A stretch of 64,000 bases of DNA from IMG/VR virus record IMGVR_UViG_3300032397_000010, positions 6,131-70,130 of that record. One strand, 5' to 3'. This DNA comes from a virus. The position numbers and the translations under genes are program-made. Numbering within the stretch: the stretch's first letter is position 1; each line of letters starts with the position of its first letter. The notes under the pieces are model-generated. The model was not told the DNA's origin and did not search any database. It worked only from the letters and a program-made list of their open reading frames with translations. Positions 41,916 through 50,956 of this stretch are shown piece after piece.

Positions 41916-42110
41916 ATGGCCGGGACCATCGACATCCAGATCAACTACGAGCCTCGCACCGTTCTCGGTGCGACATGCTTGCTTCTGCCGGATCCTCGTC
42001 AGCTTCCCCTTGGTACGCGCTGGGTGGACGAGGAGACGGGGCAGTCTCGCTACGTCGTCCGCACGCCTGTGACCCTTGTTCACAGGTGGATGCCCGCCTG
42101 CCTCAGGTAG
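41916..42110 (+). CDS. Stand-alone copy of the shared N-terminal module
   Basis: LPDPRQLPLG..YVVR..HRW; RBS GGAGG. Confidence 0.75.
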   Translation: MAGTIDIQINYEPRTVLGATCLLLPDPRQLPLGTRWVDEETGQSRYVVRTPVTLVHRWMPACLR

Positions 42111-42119
42111 CCTTGCCGC

Positions 42120-43196
42120 ATGGGCATCGTTTGCCTCACGCTGCTCGTGAAGAACGAGTCTCGGTCCATGAGGCAGACGATCGAGTCTGCCTGCGAGGCC
42201 GTTGATTGCTGCGTCGTTCTGGACACGGGATCGACGGACGGAACCCAGCAGATCGCACGCGACGCGTGCGACGCCTGCGGGATCCCGCTGTTCCTGTACG
42301 AGGAACCCTTCGTGGACTTCGCCACGTCTCGGAACCGGTCGATCGACCTGTCCCGAGGCAAGGCGACCTTCGCGCTGCAGTTGTCCGGCGATGAGTTCCT
42401 TTTCGGCGGCCCTGCGCTACGGGACTTCTGCAAGAGCGCCACGAATGGCGTCTACTCCGTCACGATCAGATCGGGCGGCCTCGAGTTCCCTTCGACCCGT
42501 CTCGTGCGCCCGGATGACTCCTGGCGATGGATCGGCGTCGTCCACGAGTACATGGCGAAGAACGGATCGCCGCCTCCTGCAGGCATCGTCCCCGGCGCGT
42601 ACATCACGCATGAGGGGTTCGATCCGGCGCGCAAGGTCGCCCGGTTCAAGCAGGACGAGGTGCTGCTGCGGGCAGAGCGCGCTCGAGACCCGTCGAACGC
42701 TAGGGCGGCCTTCTACCTCGCCCAGACGCTCGAGGATCTCGGTCGCCTTCCCGAGGCATTCGTCGCGTACCACGAGCGCATCGCGCTGGGAGGGTGGGAC
42801 GAGGAAATCTTCGAGGCGAAGTTCCGTCTCGGCCGCATCTCCGAGCGCATCGGACGTCCGTGGTTCGAGACGGAGGCGCTGTACCTTCGCGCGTTCAAGT
42901 ATCACCCGTGGAGGGCTGAGTCGCTGTTTGCCATCGCACAGCATTGGTCCGGCGCGGGGCGACACGACGTCGCGGTGCTCTTCGCCGAGAGAGCGTACCG
43001 TCTACCGCATCCCGGACGCGGCCTGTTCATCGATAGGGACGTGTACACCTGGAAGGCTGCCGACGCTCTGGCGACCTCGGCGTACTACACGGGCAAGCGG
43101 GCCCTCGGTTCCGAAGCCCTTCGGAAGGCTCTCGCCGAAGCTCCGCCGGAACAGCAGGCGAGGCTCGAGAAGAACCTCTCGTTCTACGCCCGGTAG
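42120..43196 (+). CDS. Glycosyltransferase family 2 with TPR repeats
   Basis: LVKNE, DTGSTDGT, DFATSRN, W.GVVHE, FYLAQT. Confidence 0.9.
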   Translation: MGIVCLTLLVKNESRSMRQTIESACEAVDCCVVLDTGSTDGTQQIARDACDACGIPLFLYEEPFVDFATSRNRSIDLSRGKATFALQLSGDEFLFGGPALRDFCKSATNGVYSVTIRSGGLEFPSTRLVRPDDSWRWIGVVHEYMAKNGSPPPAGIVPGAYITHEGFDPARKVARFKQDEVLLRAERARDPSNARAAFYLAQTLEDLGRLPEAFVAYHERIALGGWDEEIFEAKFRLGRISERIGRPWFETEALYLRAFKYHPWRAESLFAIAQHWSGAGRHDVAVLFAERAYRLPHPGRGLFIDRDVYTWKAADALATSAYYTGKRALGSEALRKALAEAPPEQQARLEKNLSFYAR

Positions 43197-43749
43197 GCCG
43201 CGAAGCGATTGGTCAGATCGCCCGTCTTGATGTCCACGACGTTGTCGCCGCGCTGGGCTGTCCTAGCAAGCTCGAGCGAAGCATCGACCGACGTCTTGCT
43301 CGATGCCGCGAAGCGATCCGCAGCCTTCTTGACGGCACCGTTGTTGGCGCAAGCGGTGCGCAAGTTGTCTTCCGTCTGCGCAACCAGCAGTGGCGTCGGG
43401 GGCATGGCTATCCTCGTCGGTGTGTGGAGTTCAGGTTGAGCAGGGCCTGGGTTACTTGGCCCAGCGCGGCGACTTGGGCCATCGTGGCGTTTGCACCAGC
43501 GTTCAACGCAGTGACACACTCTTCGGTGTTCTTCATCAACTGTGCCGTCACCGCTTGCGCATCCAGCACTCGCTGGTTCTGCAGGGTCTGGATCAGGGTA
43601 TCCCGCTTGTCGCGCTCGACCTTCATGTCCCTCCAAAGGTAGACCACCACCCCCGCGAGAGCAACGATCGCTGCCCCCAGGAGTCCGGCCTTCAGGAAGG
43701 CGTTGCCCGGCGTCTCGACTTGCTGGGCCAGGGTGACGAGAAGACGCAT
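43184..43749 (-). CDS. Two small genes; 43408-43749 is a holin-like TM plus coiled-coil protein
   Basis: Single TM GLLGAAIVALAGVVVYLW followed by a coiled coil. Confidence 0.5.
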
Positions 43750-43761
43750 GATCCTGCGACA

Positions 43762-44307
43762 TTACTTGAGAATAACCACTGGATCAACTGATGCGACGTA
43801 GAGCGCATACGCTCCGACGGCGATGACAGCGAACAGCCCGAGGCTTGTGCCGGGCGATCCTGTTCCAAGACGCACGGAAGCCTCGGCGCTTGCGACGTAC
43901 TGGTCGTCCGCCTGCGGCCTCGCTCGAGTGACCATGTTCCAGGCTTCCTGCGGAGACTGACCGAGCGATCGGAGGTACGCGTAGGCCATCGACGGCGAAC
44001 GGGAGACTCCAGCCGCGCAGTGGACGAGGATCTTCCGTCCGGGCTGCGCGAGGACGGCCCGGATCAGCGCGACGCCCTTCTGGTACGCCGACGGCGGCTG
44101 TGGGCCTCCGCGATCGAGCATCGGCAGGTAGAAGTACCGGATGCCCGTGCCGCCGTAGACCTCGGGCATGGGCCGCTCGTGCGCAGCGGGCTCGCCCCGC
44201 AGGTCCAGGACGTCCGTGATCCCGGCGCGGCGCATCGCGGGCAGCCACGAAGCGTCCGGGACGGATCCGATCGCGAGGCGCGGGGTGATCCAGACGAAGT
44301 CAGCCAC
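43762..44307 (-). CDS. Dual-specificity protein phosphatase with C-terminal TM
   Basis: VHCAAGVSRS (HCxxGxxRS) active-site loop. Confidence 0.9.
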   Translation of the reverse strand: MADFVWITPRLAIGSVPDASWLPAMRRAGITDVLDLRGEPAAHERPMPEVYGGTGIRYFYLPMLDRGGPQPPSAYQKGVALIRAVLAQPGRKILVHCAAGVSRSPSMAYAYLRSLGQSPQEAWNMVTRARPQADDQYVASAEASVRLGTGSPGTSLGLFAVIAVGAYALYVASVDPVVILK

Positions 44308-44788
44308 GGTGTCTCCTTGACCACAGGAACGCTATGCCTGCTCCCGCGAGGACAGCGACGATCCACGGAAGATTCGACTCGGTCTCTCGGAAGGGTCCGA
44401 GCGGCACGTTGTTGCCGACGCGCCACGCCTTGACGATCCAGCGATCCGACCAGCCGACGTGACGTACGCCGAAGAGATGCTGCACCACCATGGGCGATGC
44501 GTCGATGATGGGCCCACCCGCGCGGTCTTCGACCCAGCATGCCGGTCCGTCGTCCACAACCTCGGCGATACAGCTTGCTCCCGTTCGAGGGTTCACGACA
44601 CGAACGTGGGTGCCGCATCCGAAGCGATGCGAGCCCGCGATGTAGAACCAACTTCCGTCCACGACGGGACCGCAGGCTGTGTGCTGAGCATCTGCGCCGC
44701 CTCCGAAAGTCGTGAGGTAGTAGAGGTCGTCAGCAGGCAGGTTTCGGCCCGTGTTCTCACCCTGCCGAGAGCATCGGTAGTCAGCCAC
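44300..44788 (-). CDS. RlpA/expansin-like DPBB glycanase with C-terminal TM
   Basis: TACG..CGTHVRVVNPRTG..VVDDGP..IIDAS. Confidence 0.75.
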   Translation of the reverse strand: MADYRCSRQGENTGRNLPADDLYYLTTFGGGADAQHTACGPVVDGSWFYIAGSHRFGCGTHVRVVNPRTGASCIAEVVDDGPACWVEDRAGGPIIDASPMVVQHLFGVRHVGWSDRWIVKAWRVGNNVPLGPFRETESNLPWIVAVLAGAGIAFLWSRRHRG

Positions 44789-45404
44789 GACGACCGTACT
44801 TCCTCCAGGCGTAGTACCCGCCCCCGGCGAGGGCCGCCGCGACGAGCAGTGCTGGCGGGACGAACGATCCTCTGACGACGAGCCAGGACGGCACGTCGCG
44901 AGGCGCAGGATGGCCGTAGCGCCCCGCCTGCGTCCAGAGAGAGGCGCTGCTCCCTCCGTCGGTGTACATCGCCTCGTCGGCCCCTGCGCGAGCGAACTCC
45001 TCCGCGAACTGCCACATGCTCATCTGGCCGACGGCGAAGGCCAGCGTGCCGTCCCGCATGATCGCCATCCCGGCCCGCCACTCAGCACTCGTATCGACGG
45101 ATGGCGAAGCCACGTTCCGGCCGTTCACCACGAGCGTGGGGTATCCCTGCACGGCGACCCGAGCCCCAGGAACGACGCTGGCTCCGTCGGTCGCGAAAGG
45201 AAGGTTCCCGACGACGGAGATTGTCATTCCGTCGTCAGGGTGACGACTCGGCACGGACGTCCCGTTGACGCGGTCGTACAGCAGGTACTCGGACCCCGAC
45301 CCATCGAACATGGGTCCGTCGAGCGCGAGCACGGCGCGATCCATGTCCGGTGGGTCGAGCAGCACCGCGAGGTCGCGCGCCGAGAACGACCTGACCGTGA
45401 TCAC
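44781..45404 (-). CDS. Phosphodiester glycosidase (NAGPA-like) with C-terminal TM
   Basis: GYPTLVVNG, RAGMAI..DG, AMYTDGGSSASL, RDVP. Confidence 0.75.
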   Translation of the reverse strand: MITVRSFSARDLAVLLDPPDMDRAVLALDGPMFDGSGSEYLLYDRVNGTSVPSRHPDDGMTISVVGNLPFATDGASVVPGARVAVQGYPTLVVNGRNVASPSVDTSAEWRAGMAIMRDGTLAFAVGQMSMWQFAEEFARAGADEAMYTDGGSSASLWTQAGRYGHPAPRDVPSWLVVRGSFVPPALLVAAALAGGGYYAWRKYGRRG

Positions 45405-45405
45405 G

Positions 45406-45996
45406 CTACACGCCGTAGGTCGGTAGCAGCGTCGCGTTCCCGTAGGCCTGCCGCGCTTCGGTGTTGATCAGGGCCACGATGCCGAGAGGAAGCGTGTACG
45501 GGGCCGACTGGAGCGACGTGCCCGAGATCGTGAGGAAGCCGTCCACGAACCGCGAGGCGTCCTGGAACACCGAGGTCGGCAACGCTGCGGGCGCGCTGCC
45601 AGCGGGCAGGTTCATCATCAGTTCGTAGTACCGCTTCGTGCGCGGTCCGTACTCGCCGTCCGGCGGATCGATGATCTGCCCGGTGAGCGGCGAATCTCCG
45701 CTCGTGAGCGCCTGGGTGGCGCTGTACAGCAGGTTCTGGAACCAGTAGGTGCGTCGCGCGGCCTTCGATGCGCTCAGGCGGGTGACCATGGCGGTCACGG
45801 CGGGTGGCCGAGGAGCGCCGAGAGGAGGCGTCGGTACAGGTCCGGTCGGCGTCGTTCCGCCTCCCGTGCGCGGACGTGGCGGCGGAAGGGAAGCCGCGTT
45901 GGCATCGCTCGAGCGCGTGAGGATGTACACAGGGATCCCAACCACGGCTGCGCCGATGAGAACCTTCGTCCAGGGGAATGCTTTCCTGCTTGCCAT
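45406..45996 (-). CDS. N-anchored protein with Pro-rich linker and peptidoglycan-binding-like motif
   Basis: TM, Pro linker, DGEYGPRT. Confidence 0.6.
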   Translation of the reverse strand: MASRKAFPWTKVLIGAAVVGIPVYILTRSSDANAASLPPPRPRTGGGTTPTGPVPTPPLGAPRPPAVTAMVTRLSASKAARRTYWFQNLLYSATQALTSGDSPLTGQIIDPPDGEYGPRTKRYYELMMNLPAGSAPAALPTSVFQDASRFVDGFLTISGTSLQSAPYTLPLGIVALINTEARQAYGNATLLPTYGV

Positions 45997-46033
45997 GCGC
46001 GGAGGATATCACGGGTTGTGGTAGTTTCGGCGA

Positions 46034-47344
46034 GTGGCAATTCAATTCCTCGGCGAACGAACCCTGCAGGCCGTCACGTCCGGCCCGCCCCGCCCCCGCG
46101 TCTACCTGGACTCGGCAGCGACCACGCTGATGGCCGAGCCTGTCAACCGGGTCATGCAGCGGTATCTGGCGTCAGGCTGGTACTCGAACCCGCACTCGGA
46201 ACTCACGACGCCGTCGCGCGTCACGGCCGAGGTGATCGCCGAGGCGCGAGGACTTCTGGCCCGCCTCGTGGATGCCCCCGAAGGACACGTCGTGGTCTTC
46301 GGTGGATCCGGGGCAACGGAGCCCCTGAACATCCTGAGCGTGGCGCTGTTCTGTGAGGGCAGCGTCCGAGACACGGTCGTCGTGACGCCGCAGGAGCACC
46401 ACAGCAACCTCTTGCCGTGGATGCGTGCCGCATCACGCCTGATCGTGTCCCCGCTGAACAACGACGGATCTCTGGATCTCGAGGTGTTCGAGAAGATCCT
46501 GCTTGCCGAAGGGAAACGAATCCGTCTCGTGGCCGTGACGGCAATCTCGAACGTCACGGGCGTGCGCAACCCGATCAGCGAGATCGCGAGGATCGCTCAT
46601 CGTGTCGGCGCGGAAGTTGTCGTCGATGCGACGCAGGCTGTCGCTCACGTCCCGCTCTCGATGCGAACCCTCGGGATCGACTACCTCGTCGCGTCGGGAC
46701 ACAAGATGTACGCGCCTGGGACTCCGGGCTGGATGGTGATCCCGTCCACGATGCCATGCGATCGGTGGGAACCGGGCAACGTCGGCGGCGGAACGGTCGA
46801 TGCGGTCTGGATGGACAAGGCATCGGTGAAGTTCAAGTCGAGCATCATCGACCGACTCGAGGGCGGCACCGTGAACATCCCCGGCATCGTGGGTCTCGGC
46901 GCGGCAGCCCAGATGCTGATGCAGCAAGGGCTTCGGCAGATTCAGGATCACGAGCAGGTCTTGATGACGCGGATGCGTGACGGTCTCGAGGCGATCGGCG
47001 GCGTCGCAACGTACGGCCCCGGCGACCGCGTGGGCATCCTGGCGTTCAACATCGAAGGGTTCACCTTCGATCAGGTCGCGTCCGCCCTGAACGACTACTT
47101 CGCGATCTCGGTGCGCGCCGGAGCGTTCTGCGCCCACCCGTACGTGCGCGATCTGCTCGATGGGCAGACGGGCCGACTCGGCATGGTGCGAGCTTCGCTG
47201 GGCATGTACACGACGATCGAGGATATCGACGCGTTCCTGGCTGCGGTACGATGGATCGTCGCGAACCGCGAGAAGGTCGTCACGCCGCGCGAGCCTCCCG
47301 CCGGAGAATTCTCGATCACGAAGGAGATGAGTGATGGCTCGTAA
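46034..47344 (+). CDS. Cysteine desulfurase (class V PLP enzyme, SufS/Csd-type)
   Basis: YLDSAATT, EHHSNLLPW, VDATQ, SGHKMYAP (PLP Lys), RAGAFCAHPY (catalytic Cys), RASLGMY. Confidence 0.92.
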   Translation: MAIQFLGERTLQAVTSGPPRPRVYLDSAATTLMAEPVNRVMQRYLASGWYSNPHSELTTPSRVTAEVIAEARGLLARLVDAPEGHVVVFGGSGATEPLNILSVALFCEGSVRDTVVVTPQEHHSNLLPWMRAASRLIVSPLNNDGSLDLEVFEKILLAEGKRIRLVAVTAISNVTGVRNPISEIARIAHRVGAEVVVDATQAVAHVPLSMRTLGIDYLVASGHKMYAPGTPGWMVIPSTMPCDRWEPGNVGGGTVDAVWMDKASVKFKSSIIDRLEGGTVNIPGIVGLGAAAQMLMQQGLRQIQDHEQVLMTRMRDGLEAIGGVATYGPGDRVGILAFNIEGFTFDQVASALNDYFAISVRAGAFCAHPYVRDLLDGQTGRLGMVRASLGMYTTIEDIDAFLAAVRWIVANREKVVTPREPPAGEFSITKEMSDGS

Positions 47345-48272
47345 GAATCCGTCCGTGTTGCTCGGCAACGAGATCGGGAAGCTTCAGCAGGATGTCGCTG
47401 CGACGCTCAACAAGCACGACGCGGTCTACGGCAAGACCCGGTTCAGCCACATGCCGCTGTACGGCCTGCATGTGACGAATCTCGCTCCGTCATGGCTCAC
47501 GAAGCAGACGAGAGATGCTGTCGTGAGAGAGGCGTGGCGTCACGGGTTCTACATCTCGGACGAGGCGCGCGGACTCGACATGCCCATCGACGAGCGGCTG
47601 CGGTACGGGTTCATCCTGTGGGCGACTCCCGAGACCATCGAGAAGTTCAGGCGACACGGAATCACATGGGCCCGCGAGAATCCGTGCGCCTCGCGAGCGC
47701 AGCAGCGCCTGTTCCACGCGCTGGCCGCGCGCGGTGAGATGGACCCGCGCACCGTGCGCGAGTTCGATGTCGCGTCGCGAGGGATGAAGCTGCCGGAGCG
47801 CGTGCGTCGAAACCCAGCGACGACACGACGACGCCCACTTTCCCGTAACCGCCTACTCCTCGCTCGTCGCACTCGCTTCATGCGTGAACTGCGGACCGCT
47901 GCCGAGATCCGCGCGCTGCACAACCGTTGCGACGCACGCACCGGGGCATGGCTCAGCGGCGAGTGCTACTACGGCGAGCCTGCCCGCAAAGGGCTCGTGC
48001 GCGTCTCCCGCAGGAACCCCAGCAACGATCCGGTCGATGCGTTCCTCGCGCATGCGTACGCCGACTCGTTCATCCGCCGGACGCTGACGCCGGAGATCAA
48101 GAAGAAGCTGAGTCGCGACATCGCGCTCGGTCAGTACGATCGCGCCGAGGCGCTCGAGAACTGGAAATGGTGGGCACAAGCTGCCGCTGGCATGTATCCT
48201 ACCCGCGTCAGCAGTTCGCTGATCGATCAGGTAGCCCGCGAGATGCGGATCAAGTTCGAGGCAGCAACATGA
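47334..48272 (+). CDS. Polyprotein-like hypothetical protein with four RxNP motifs
   Basis: RKNP, RENP, RRNP and RRNP delimit segments. Confidence 0.75.
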   Translation: MARKNPSVLLGNEIGKLQQDVAATLNKHDAVYGKTRFSHMPLYGLHVTNLAPSWLTKQTRDAVVREAWRHGFYISDEARGLDMPIDERLRYGFILWATPETIEKFRRHGITWARENPCASRAQQRLFHALAARGEMDPRTVREFDVASRGMKLPERVRRNPATTRRRPLSRNRLLLARRTRFMRELRTAAEIRALHNRCDARTGAWLSGECYYGEPARKGLVRVSRRNPSNDPVDAFLAHAYADSFIRRTLTPEIKKKLSRDIALGQYDRAEALENWKWWAQAAAGMYPTRVSSSLIDQVAREMRIKFEAAT

Positions 48273-48532
48273 ACGCCAGCGAAATGGTTGTCGTGGCACG
48301 GCTTGCAGACCACTACGAGGACCGAGGCATCGAAAATCCGCTGGACACAGCGGATCACGACTTGCGCAAGTTCAAGCACGAGGCTCCGGCGCTGTGGCGG
48401 CGACTAAGAGACTCTGGTCTGTCGGACCGAAAGACCGGAGATTGGCTGTATAAGTTCATCGTTCGATGGTCCCGATCGGGCGTATCGTTCAAGAACTTCG
48501 CTGCTGATGAGCTAGAGCGATCGGAGCTATGA
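48269..48532 (+). CDS. Hypothetical protein
   Basis: Coupled ORF. Confidence 0.55.
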   Translation: MNASEMVVVARLADHYEDRGIENPLDTADHDLRKFKHEAPALWRRLRDSGLSDRKTGDWLYKFIVRWSRSGVSFKNFAADELERSEL

Positions 48533-48533
48533 C

Positions 48534-50660
48534 ATGAGTTACGTGAACCCGGATCATCCTCTATTCCACGGCTGGCCGTCGGCTAGCGGCCCAGGCATCC
48601 ATGCGGACGAAGCCGACTCGGCACTGCCGTCGATCGGCGACAAGCTCCCGCCTGCCGTGGCTCGTGATCTCGAGAAGCAGAGCGAGGCGGCATGGGGTGT
48701 GCGCCGCAACCCGAAGGGTGATGAAGAGCTTCCGATCGCGACGCAGCAGGCCGTCTCCGAGGCGGCCATGTGGATCACCGGGATGTGGGGCCCCGAAGAG
48801 AAGGCCGAGGAACGTCGTCGCGCGTTTCTTCCGACCGTTCGCGAGAACCCGATCGCCACGAAGATTCCGTTCGGCCAGAGACCTGAGACGTTCTTCGATC
48901 GCATGAGGATCTGCTTCGACACCCTCACCTCACTTCGCGATTCCGCGAAGGCTGCGTACGACAAGCGCGGCGCGGGGAAGAGGCGCGACTGGCAGACCTC
49001 GATCGAGGACTGCGTTCGCGCGGTGGAGTTCGTCCTGTCCCAGGAGCACAACAACGAACGGTCGATCCTGAGTTCTTCAGCCGGAGTGAAGATCAAGAGC
49101 GGATCGGCGTCGGGCCTGCTCGGGATAGGCAAGTGGGGCATCATCGCGGTGAAGGGCAACGACAAGCTTCCGTTCGCCGCGTACAGCGAGTTCCCGCTCA
49201 CGACGTGCATCGGCGCGGGCGGGTGCAGGAACTACTGCTACTCGTTCAAGGCCCTGCGCTACCCGGCCGCGTTCCGTCGTTTCTTCCTGAACACGCTCGC
49301 GAACTACGCGGATCGCGAGTTCGCGATCCTGAAGGCTTCCGGCGGTGAGATCGTCCCGCCGAGCAAGTACGAGGAGCGAGTGCGACTCGCGCTCGCTGGT
49401 TCGCAGGAACCTGGGTATCGCATCTGGCAGGGGATCGTGAAGTCCATCGTGCTGGACTCGACGAAGAACACGCGGAAGAAGGGACCGGCGTTCCTGCGCC
49501 TGTTCGTCGATGGAGACATCAACTACGAGGACAACATCATCGAGTGGATGTACGTCTGTCACGAGATGGATCGGGAAGGCCAGGACATCCGGGACAAGGG
49601 TCTCCATCACATCGAGGTGTACGGGTACTCGAAGTGCTGGCAGCAGTTCGTCAACGTGGACACGTTCCTGCGCAACGATTCGCAGGCGAAATTTCACAAG
49701 AACGGCGGCTGGCCGCGCAACTACACCGTGAACATGTCCGACGCTTCGGTGTACGGGAAAGCTGTCCGTACGCAGATGCTCGACCTCCCGATCTCGCGCG
49801 GGTACTTCCAGGTCGTCGACACGAAGAAGTACATCAAGGAACTGAGCGAGGCGTGCTCTCGATTCGGCGGATGCACGAGCCCGAATCTCACCAAGCTGAT
49901 CGAAAAGGGCACCGGCACGGCTGGCTTCCCGATCGATCAGAGACGCGTGAACACGCTCATCGCCATCAACGAGATCAAGTCGGCCGCCGACGTCGCCGCG
50001 CTGTTCGGCGGCCTGAAGGATGACGCCTTCGAGATCGAGCGAGCGCACGTCCACGATTCGGAGCCCAGCCTCCGCGACAAGCTCCGTCCGATCGCGATGC
50101 GGTACTACATCAACGCGCTGATCAACGATGAGTCCTGGGGGCTCAGCGACATGATCCGTCGAGAGTTGGTCGCTGACCAGGGCATGGACCCCGTCAGGAT
50201 GTCGGCTGCCGCGCCGGACCAGGACACGTTCCTGGAGGCCCTGGTGGACAAGCAGATCAAGTCGCTCGAGCGGTTCGTCGCGAAAGAGAAGGACACCGAA
50301 GAGATCGATGATCAGGCGCTACGCGCGGCCGACGAGATGATCGCGAAGATGGAGCAGTCGAAGGGGAAGGGCATTCCGGCGAAGCTCGCGAAGCTCCGTG
50401 GCGATCGACGGAAGCTCGCGTCCGTGTTGCGGCGCGAGTACTTCGGCGAGAAGGCCCTCGCGGACAAGGCGGTCGCGCTCGCGCTGCACGAGACCTACTG
50501 GGCCCTGGACCTCGGCGGGTCATGCCCGCTGGTCTGCGGCAACTGCTCCGACAACCCTGAGAACCCGGCCGCCGGAGCGCACCGATGCGCTTCGCGTCTC
50601 GGGCGAGAGCACAGCACCGGGCTGTTCTGGGGCAAGACGATCCACATCGGGCTGCATTGA
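48534..50660 (+). CDS. Gp88-like (radical-SAM-related Fe-S) protein with RxNP-containing N-terminal leader
   Basis: TCIGAGGCRNYCY, LRLFVDGD, YGYSK; C-terminal CP..CGNC...C. Confidence 0.65.
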   Translation: MSYVNPDHPLFHGWPSASGPGIHADEADSALPSIGDKLPPAVARDLEKQSEAAWGVRRNPKGDEELPIATQQAVSEAAMWITGMWGPEEKAEERRRAFLPTVRENPIATKIPFGQRPETFFDRMRICFDTLTSLRDSAKAAYDKRGAGKRRDWQTSIEDCVRAVEFVLSQEHNNERSILSSSAGVKIKSGSASGLLGIGKWGIIAVKGNDKLPFAAYSEFPLTTCIGAGGCRNYCYSFKALRYPAAFRRFFLNTLANYADREFAILKASGGEIVPPSKYEERVRLALAGSQEPGYRIWQGIVKSIVLDSTKNTRKKGPAFLRLFVDGDINYEDNIIEWMYVCHEMDREGQDIRDKGLHHIEVYGYSKCWQQFVNVDTFLRNDSQAKFHKNGGWPRNYTVNMSDASVYGKAVRTQMLDLPISRGYFQVVDTKKYIKELSEACSRFGGCTSPNLTKLIEKGTGTAGFPIDQRRVNTLIAINEIKSAADVAALFGGLKDDAFEIERAHVHDSEPSLRDKLRPIAMRYYINALINDESWGLSDMIRRELVADQGMDPVRMSAAAPDQDTFLEALVDKQIKSLERFVAKEKDTEEIDDQALRAADEMIAKMEQSKGKGIPAKLAKLRGDRRKLASVLRREYFGEKALADKAVALALHETYWALDLGGSCPLVCGNCSDNPENPAAGAHRCASRLGREHSTGLFWGKTIHIGLH

Positions 50661-50956
50661 ACGGGGCCGAGGTCAGATCGCTTCGTGAGCGGTACAGGAT
50701 GAGCGTGGGATGCTTCGGCGAACTCGTCGGCGTCAGCATGTCCACCGTGTACCGCTGGGAGGCGTCGCCGGGCGATCTGAACATCGAACCGCTGTCGCTT
50801 CGGATCATGCGCGTGATGGCCGACACCTTCGACGAGGCGGTCTCGAGGAGGGTCGCCTCGGCCATCGCCGTTCGCGGGGGCCTGTACGGCTTGTACGTGC
50901 TCCTGAAGCGTGTTTACCAGCCGCCGGTCACAGCAAGCTTGTCTGCGCCGCCTTGA
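50657..50956 (+). CDS. XRE-family HTH regulator
   Basis: VRSLRERYRMS...FGELVGVSMSTVYRWE. Confidence 0.8.
   Translation: MNGAEVRSLRERYRMSVGCFGELVGVSMSTVYRWEASPGDLNIEPLSLRIMRVMADTFDEAVSRRVASAIAVRGGLYGLYVLLKRVYQPPVTASLSAPP

Noticed and set aside
46034-47344. Complete dnd/ssp phosphorothioation operon
   Set aside because: No PAPS-reductase (DndC/SspD), DndD ATPase or DndE is recognisable. The desulfurase has a SufS-type motif.
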